Of a stretch of 64,000 bases of DNA, positions 57,071 to 64,000 are shown one piece after another. Source of the stretch: Eledone cirrhosa (taxonomy: Eukaryota); contig OZ024742.1 in the NCBI GenBank assembly GCA_964016885.1, positions 305,412,001 to 305,476,000 on the forward strand, given 5' to 3'. The stretch's first letter is position 1, and every line of letters starts with the position of its first letter. The position numbers were made by a program, and so were the translations under genes. The notes below the pieces were generated by a model, which saw nothing but the letters and a program-made list of their open reading frames with translations, ran no database searches and was not told the origin of the DNA.

Positions 57071-57723
57071 ATGTTATATAAATATTTGACATAACCAAGG
57101 ATAATATAACTTAACGGTTCAAGTTATCCCTGGATAGTCAATATATATGTGTGTGTGTGTTTTTGTACAAAATCGGTTTACAAACTAATCTTTTATTCTC
57201 TGTTCCCACCATTAAAGGTAGTTGTTGTAAAGATCGCAGCCCTAAACGAACAGACCTCAGTTCAATTCACTCTAATGTCTTGGTCAAATCATGGCTGTAG
57301 TAACATTAATTTGTCCAATAGGACCAAAGCCGGGAGATTACAATTGCCATGCGAGCTTCTTAACTATTCGTCCTTCTTTGTATCTAATAAAAAAAAATAC
57401 TGTTATTAGTAGTAGCATATCACGAAGATTCGGTCTTATAATGAGGTTCTCTTACCCCCCCCCCCCCCCCCACACACACACACTACCTTTAAAACAAGTT
57501 AGGTCACTGACGAAAAAAGAAAAAAACAACTTTTTTTTTCTTTACCGGAATATGACAGCGGATTTAATCCAGGTGAGATATGGATACAAAAACCGGGAAG
57601 TGGACTCATATCACAGAATCACCAGCAACGTGACATTAGTATAGAACTCACTAGATTTCCCAAAATCAAGAATGATAGAACCAAACGCCCTATCTATCAG
57701 TTTATCTGTCTATCTATCTATTC

Positions 57724-57830
57724 AGTCTGAAAGCTCCACCTTCACTATCATTCACGTCTAGGAGCACCAAGCTGCCCACCGGGTCCAAGTAAATTGTCTG
57801 TACTTTGAGATCCATTTTTTTCGAAACAGA
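57724..57830 (-). pseudogene. Short Tx1/L1 APE-endonuclease fragment from a second subfamily
   Basis: VSKKMDLKVQTIYLDPVGSLVLLDVNDSEGGAFRL aligns by eye with [17 protein letters not shown] at the start of the 13012-16176 ORF. Confidence 0.65.
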
Positions 57831-57851
57831 ACTCTCTCTCTCTTTCTCTCC

Positions 57852-57905
<54 letters not shown>

Positions 57906-58320
57906 CTGTCTATATCCACTCCTTCCCTCCCTCATTCCTGTTTCTGTCGCTGTCAATGAGTCCAACTCTCTACCATTGTCACTCACCTTTCTCTTCACTT
58001 TCTATCTTTCTCTTCTCTCCCGCACTTTGTTTTACTTATTCTTTTATTTTGATGTTTCCTTTCACCAGAAACTTTCCATTCACACACTCGCGCATACGCT
58101 CTCACATGCGCACGCGCACACATGTACATACACATTCACGCCTGTGCAAGTATGTAGAAATGCAAAAACATGATAAGCCATCCATCACATACATCGTGTG
58201 CGTGTGTGAGTGCATAGGTGTACGGACGAGGAGATAGATAGACAAAGAAATAGAACGGGCGAGGAAACAAATATAGAGAATGAGGAAATAAGGCAGAAAC
58301 ATGAGAGATATAGAGAAAGA

Positions 58321-58382
<62 letters not shown>

Positions 58383-59962
58383 AAAGGAGATAGATAGATA
58401 GATAGATAGATATGTAGATAGATAGAGAGAGAGAGTGATGACTGTTAATTCCTATACAAGAAATTTCACTCTAAACCTCCTAGGAAACACCCACTTTGGT
58501 GACTGACTGTATTATTCTTGTTATTGTTGTTATTGTTGCTGCTATTACTGTTAAGGTTTATAGTTAAAAATATAGCCTGTGATCGATATTCTTAATTAAG
58601 TCGGGTGCGCTTACCTTTGTCCTGCCCACTAATCTACTGAGATCCGTTAACATACCATCTCTATCTCTCTTCCTTTCTCTCAGTCTCTCTCTCTCCATAT
58701 CTATCTCCTCTCACACACGCACACGAATGTGTGCCTGTGTTTTATATAAAAAACATTAAAACATTAACCGATAAGGCATTCTATAATTTTTTGTAGAATA
58801 TAACATTTATTTTTTACAAAGGATAGTTTGATTGTGAATACATTGTGTCGCGTGTGATTGTTTCACCTGAAAGTCTTTTGCCAGGAGGTAACATTGTTTT
58901 TCTGTTTGGGGTCATATATTTCCTTGTTAACACAACAAATACAAGTTGATAAAAGAAAACAATTTTTCATTTTTATTTTTGTAACAAAAGATCAAAATCT
59001 CACTGTTATAAAACCGTCATCATCATCACCACTCTTAGAACATGTAGCATCGGCGATATATTGTAAAAAAATTGTAAATACAACATCAAACTAAACTATA
59101 AATAGCTATTAATGACGATAGCAACAATAACAATACCAACACAAACCAAGTTTACAACGCCTGCAAGAAATAGCCGTTAAATCTCCCTTAACCCACACCC
59201 TATATTTTTGCAAGATAAACAGAAGTACATGTTGAAGTATATACTCCCAGATACTTCTAACAGAGGCAAATTAGTTCTTGTTGGAACGTCATTTATCATA
59301 GATCTTCTAAATGATGACTGACCAGGGGTTAAACAGCAGCAATAGCAAAAATGGTAACTTCAATATTAATATCCACAGCGGAATTGTCTATATCCGCATT
59401 CACATTTGCAACAACAACTACAATAGCAATGATAACATCGGAGACATCATGAGTACAGCGTGTGTAACCTTTGCCAAATTCAACATCAGCCGCTATAACA
59501 CCACTACCACTAACAAAAATCACAATAGCAACAACATCAATATGAATGTCACTACAACCACACCATCACTACTATTACAACAACAACAACAGCAGCAGCA
59601 GCAGCAATACAACACAGAAATAACTTGCAAGGAATTATACCAAACCCATCAAAGTCTTTATGTATTGATGTTGGCTTCTAATCTCTGAGAAGGAACGATG
59701 TGTGTAGAAAGTTCAGAAGACGAATTATGTGCTGTGGCAGAAGAGAGAGCAATGGAGGGATCTGAAGGGAATAGAAAAACATCTTCAAAGAACGGGTGGA
59801 GGTGGAGAAATAGGGAATTGGGGTCAATTGGTGGAGTGAACATGAGACGGAAGTTGAAGGATCAGAAATGGAGAGGGAAGCATTTCAAGGAGGAAGATTC
59901 GAGGGTAGGAGGTCGAAGTATGTGTAGGGTGGAGATGTTAGACAAAGGAAAGACATAAAGTA

Positions 59963-60105
<143 letters not shown>

Positions 60106-60926
60106 TATCCACATCTCTTTCTTTCTCTCGTCCTCTCTCTCTCTTTCCCTCTCTCATATATATATATATATACGAGGGAGAGAGAGAAAGAAAGAGATGT
60201 GGATTGACATAGAGATAAGGAATATCAGAGATTATTGTGGGATAGGTTGGGGAAAGAAAGAGAAGCTAGAATTGTTTGGATTTGTTTATGTGCGCATTTA
60301 TATATTGGTGTGGATGTTTGAACTGCATAATGTGAGTTAGAGGAAAATTACATAAAGGGAAATATAACAGCAAAAGGATGGGACATGTAGAGAGCATATG
60401 GAAGAAAAAAATAGACAGCCAGAAAAATCGAGAGAGAGAGAGGGTGGCGAGAGCAGGGAGAGAGAGAGAAGGTGAGTGAGAGAAACAAAGAAAGTGGGAG
60501 GCAAGAATGAAGGAAAATGAAAATGATTGACAGAAAGAACAGAAAGAGATGATTGGAAAAAATATAAAGTTTGAATGAAAGAAAGATTGATAGAAACGTT
60601 TTGTCAATCTAAAAGCTGAGACACTTTCATGATTTTGAAAAATAGTCTAAATCAGAGAAAATCTACAGACAAAGCTTAAATCTACTATTATTGTTTTACT
60701 AAACTCTGGAAAAACATTAATTCTTGTTCTGTTGACTGACCAGCAATACAAAAAATATACATATACTGATGTTGTATGAGTAGACACATGCCTGCGTATC
60801 TATCTGGAGCTGTATGTACACAAACATACACATTCACGTGTATCTATCTGGTGGTATATATATATATACACAAACATACACATGTATACGTGTCTATCTG
60901 GTGGTATACGCATGAATGTGAATATT

Positions 60927-60969
<43 letters not shown>

Positions 60970-61166
60970 ATACTTTGGGAGGGTCATGTTGCCAATAACG
61001 ATTTCAGATAAAGAATCTTGCTAAACAAATTCAGAAACGATATATATATATATATATATACATATATATACCAACATAGATACACGTAAATGTGTATGTT
61101 TCTGAAACATACACATTCAGAAACATACACATTCACGTGTATATACACATTCATGCGTATATATCC

Positions 61167-61198
<32 letters not shown>

Positions 61199-61746
61199 GT
61201 ACATTGATGCATATATATATACATAAACATATGAAATATATATGTTTTTACATTGAGCTACTTAACTTACTGGTAATAAGGTAGTAATATATCACTGCCT
61301 ACCACTATTTAGGGTTTGTATAAAAATATATATAACTGCAAAAGGTTTTTGTATTTACATAACCATAAATAGTATAATTAATACATAAACATACACATTC
61401 ATGGGTATTTATATGGTGGTATATATACAGAAAATATACACATTTATGCGTATCTGTCTTTTTTTAATTCTTTTTCTGGTTTCATGCATTTGACCGTGGC
61501 CACACAAGGGCAGCTTTTTAATTTAGTCGATCTTATCGACCCCAGTGCTTATTTTCAAACTTCTGCTAAATATTTTATCGATCCCTTTTCTATAGAAACG
61601 TAAAATTACGGGACATAAAAAAGGTAAACATAGACATGGACGCACCCACACACGCGAACATACCACACACACGAAAATACCACACAAACACAAGCACACG
61701 CAAACGTTATACCTTCGTTTACACTAGATATTGAAACAGTGCAGTC

Positions 61747-61805
61747 TTAAATCGCCCCCGATATTTTCAATAAGCACAATATTGAAAATATCGTGGGCGA
61801 TTTAA
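61747..61805. repeat. 26-bp inverted repeat, 7-nt loop, TTAA at both ends
   Basis: ttaaatcgcccccgatattttcaata agcacaa tattgaaaatatcgtgggcgatttaa (1 mismatch). Confidence 0.9.
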
Positions 61806-62537
61806 TTTTGTTCTTCTTCACACCGGATGTCCAACAAATATCTCCTTTTTACATATATATATATAACCACAATTTATATAATGAAGAGGTTGAATCATAT
61901 TTGAGTTTAATGAAGGATTGCGAAATTCTAGAAAGCTATAATTAGATATTTTAAGGGGGCATGAAATTCCTCACTGTAAGTTTCCTTCTGTTCTTGGGAA
62001 TAACCATTTTCTTGAGTGACCCATGTTTTTCATCAGCCAGATAGAAATGTCAATATTCCCGAACAGAAAATTATCTTTATGGACTTTCATCTTGCACGAC
62101 ATGACCCCTTCACGCGATATGAAAATTATTCCTCATTATTAGTGGTACCTGATTCATTTTAAATGATACGGGTTGTGTGCTGTTTGGCTATCAGATTTCC
62201 TTTTTTCTTTCCTTTAAATGTCGAGTATCACTCCATTCTTCTCCTTAGAAAAACAAGAAATATGTCGTCTACTATTTTACAAGAATTTTTTTGAAGTAGA
62301 AATGGTAGATTGTTAGAAGTAATGTGTGGGGGTATTTAGTTAAGCTACTTTATTCTCTGCGTTCAGGTTTTACCTGATCTTTACCTTTCACCCCAAAAGG
62401 ATTGGTAACACAAGTAGTTCTCATATACAGGAGTCTTTGAAATTTAATTCAGCCTGCCAAATCTTTAAATTATTATTATTACTGTTATGTTAGCTTACCT
62501 TTTCAGATTTGGAGCTGCAGGTCTAGTACGGCGTGCA

Positions 62538-62938
62538 CGGTAGATTGGTAGTATTGGTAGAGCGTCGGACACCATGTTTTGCAGCATAGAGTTATTACCC
62601 TTCATTATCATAATTCAAATCCCACCGAGATTAGCTTTCCCTTTCATCCTCACGGGGTCGATAAAATAAAGCACCAGTAATGTACTGAGGTCGATTTAAT
62701 CGACATCCCCCCACCCACCCCACCCTAAAAAAATGGCTTGCCTTGTGCCTATAGGAGAAATCATAATTATTGGTATTGAGAAACGACCCTTTGCGTTTTG
62801 AGTTCACCTCCCACCGAGGTTAGCTTTGCCTTTCATGATTAAGGGTCGATAAAATAAAGTACCAGTCATACATTGGTGTCGATTTCATCGTCTTTCCCCT
62901 TCCTCAAAATTGCTGACCTTGTACCTAAAGTAGGAACA

Positions 62939-62940
<2 letters not shown>
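62538..62940 (+). mobile_element. Two tandem S1-type SINEs (62538-62770, 62780-62940), long-tail variant
   Basis: Each has ..ccaccgag.ttagcttt.cctttcat..ggggtcgataaaataaag.accagt..gtcgattt.atcg..ccttgt.ccta. Confidence 0.85.
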
Positions 62941-62984
<44 letters not shown>

Positions 62985-62985
<1 letters not shown>

Positions 62986-64000
62986 TCTTTGAGTCTCAGT
63001 CATTGATGTTAGATAACTGGAAAGTTTGTTGAAATGAATATCAAGCCACTACCTGCAGCCTCAGATATTCAGGACTTATCGGAGGGTTCTTGCTGTTCCC
63101 AGCAAGCATGCCTTTTGAAGCGTTCCAAAAAGCGTGAAGGGGCCAATTTTCTTTAACCATCCTTGGAAACTTTTTGAGATAGTTCCTAGTGCGCCTATGA
63201 CAATCGGGATCACTTTGACTTCATGGCAGTTCCAAATCCTTTTTACCTCCCACTTTAAGTCCTGGTATCGGTTAATTTTCTCCCTCTCCTTCTCTTGCAC
63301 TCTCGTGTCGAATGGGCAGGCCACATCCACAATCAGGCACGATCTTTTTTCTTTGTCCACAACCACCAGGTCAGGTCTATTGTGTTCCAGTTTCTTTTCC
63401 GTCTGTATCCTAAAATCCCACAGCACCTTCACCTGATCGTTTTCTATCACCGACTCTGGCTTATGCTCATACCACTTCTCATAATGTGGTAAATTGTTTA
63501 CTTTGCATAGGTGCCAGTGGATCACCCTGCCCATCACATCATGTCTCCAGCCCTTATAGTGAGTCTGGGCTAGGTGTTTACACTCGGATACAATGTGAGC
63601 CACAGTCTCCTCTCTCTCTCCACAGATCCAGCACAGTGGGCTAGCCTCCTCCTTGTAAATATGGTGTTTCAACCACTTCATTTTGAGGGCCTGCTCCTGC
63701 GCAGCCATTAACATTCCTTCTGTAGCCTTTTTAAGGTCTCCTCTTTTCAACCAGTTCCATGTCTGTGGATCTCTAAATTCAGTTTTCTCAAAGAAGGTAC
63801 TATGAAGGGATTTTTCCTGAAGGCTGCTCTTTCTCCTTGATGTTATTTACTACTTGGACATGCCCTGGCCTATTGTCCCCTCCTTCAGTACAGTTCTGAG
63901 CATTGGCTCCTTACTATCAGTCACGTATTTCTGTAGGTTGTTTTTCTCCATCTGAACACAGTCCTCTATGCTGATAAGACCTCTTCCACCTTCAGATCTC
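62985..64000 (-). mobile_element. R4/Dong-like non-LTR retrotransposon with restriction-like endonuclease, 3' portion, ends in (TAA)n
   Basis: RSEGGRGLISIEDC (post-RT), then stops and a frameshift, WNWLKRGDLKKATEG, CCHC knuckle and RLE, ~80-nt 3' UTR, then (TAA)~15 at 62939-62984. Runs off the window end. Confidence 0.9.
63076..63750 (-). pseudogene. C-terminal CCHC zinc knuckle plus PD-(D/E)xK endonuclease of an R4/Dong-type ORF
   Basis: CWICGEREETVAHIVSEC, RHD, LWDF, RPDLVVVD..IVDVACPFD, EKINRYQDL, PIVIGALG. There are upstream in-frame stops near 63850, and a likely premature stop in RTLR*VLNI. Confidence 0.9.

Noticed and set aside
61995-62040. Minus-strand CTGATGA..GAAA
   Set aside because: Stem I does not pair and stem II is marginal; compatible with chance.

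Overview
Eukaryotic, AT-rich, extremely microsatellite-rich intergenic or intronic DNA. The SINE families and (TA)n/(CA)n density suggest a mollusc, probably octopus (inference). No host protein-coding gene can be confidently called; almost all ORFs in the track are microsatellite translations. Real coding sequence is all transposon-derived: a 5'-truncated but uninterrupted Tx1/L1-clade ORF2 (13012-16176, -), a decayed Penelope-like GIY-YIG element inside a perfect 170-bp inverted repeat (10093-12303), the 3' end of an R4/Dong-like RLE retrotransposon ending in (TAA)n (62985-64000, -), and a mariner TIR/MITE cluster (2925-3360). At least three SINE-like families are scattered throughout. The main hidden signal is a dense set of minimal type-I hammerhead ribozyme motifs (CTGAnGA-stem II-GAAA-palindromic stem III-TA) in short non-coding elements anchored in (TA)n tracts. 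They come from several unrelated sequence families, and many are arranged as head-to-head fold-back palindromes carrying a ribozyme on each strand. All structures were read by eye; none was computed or tested.
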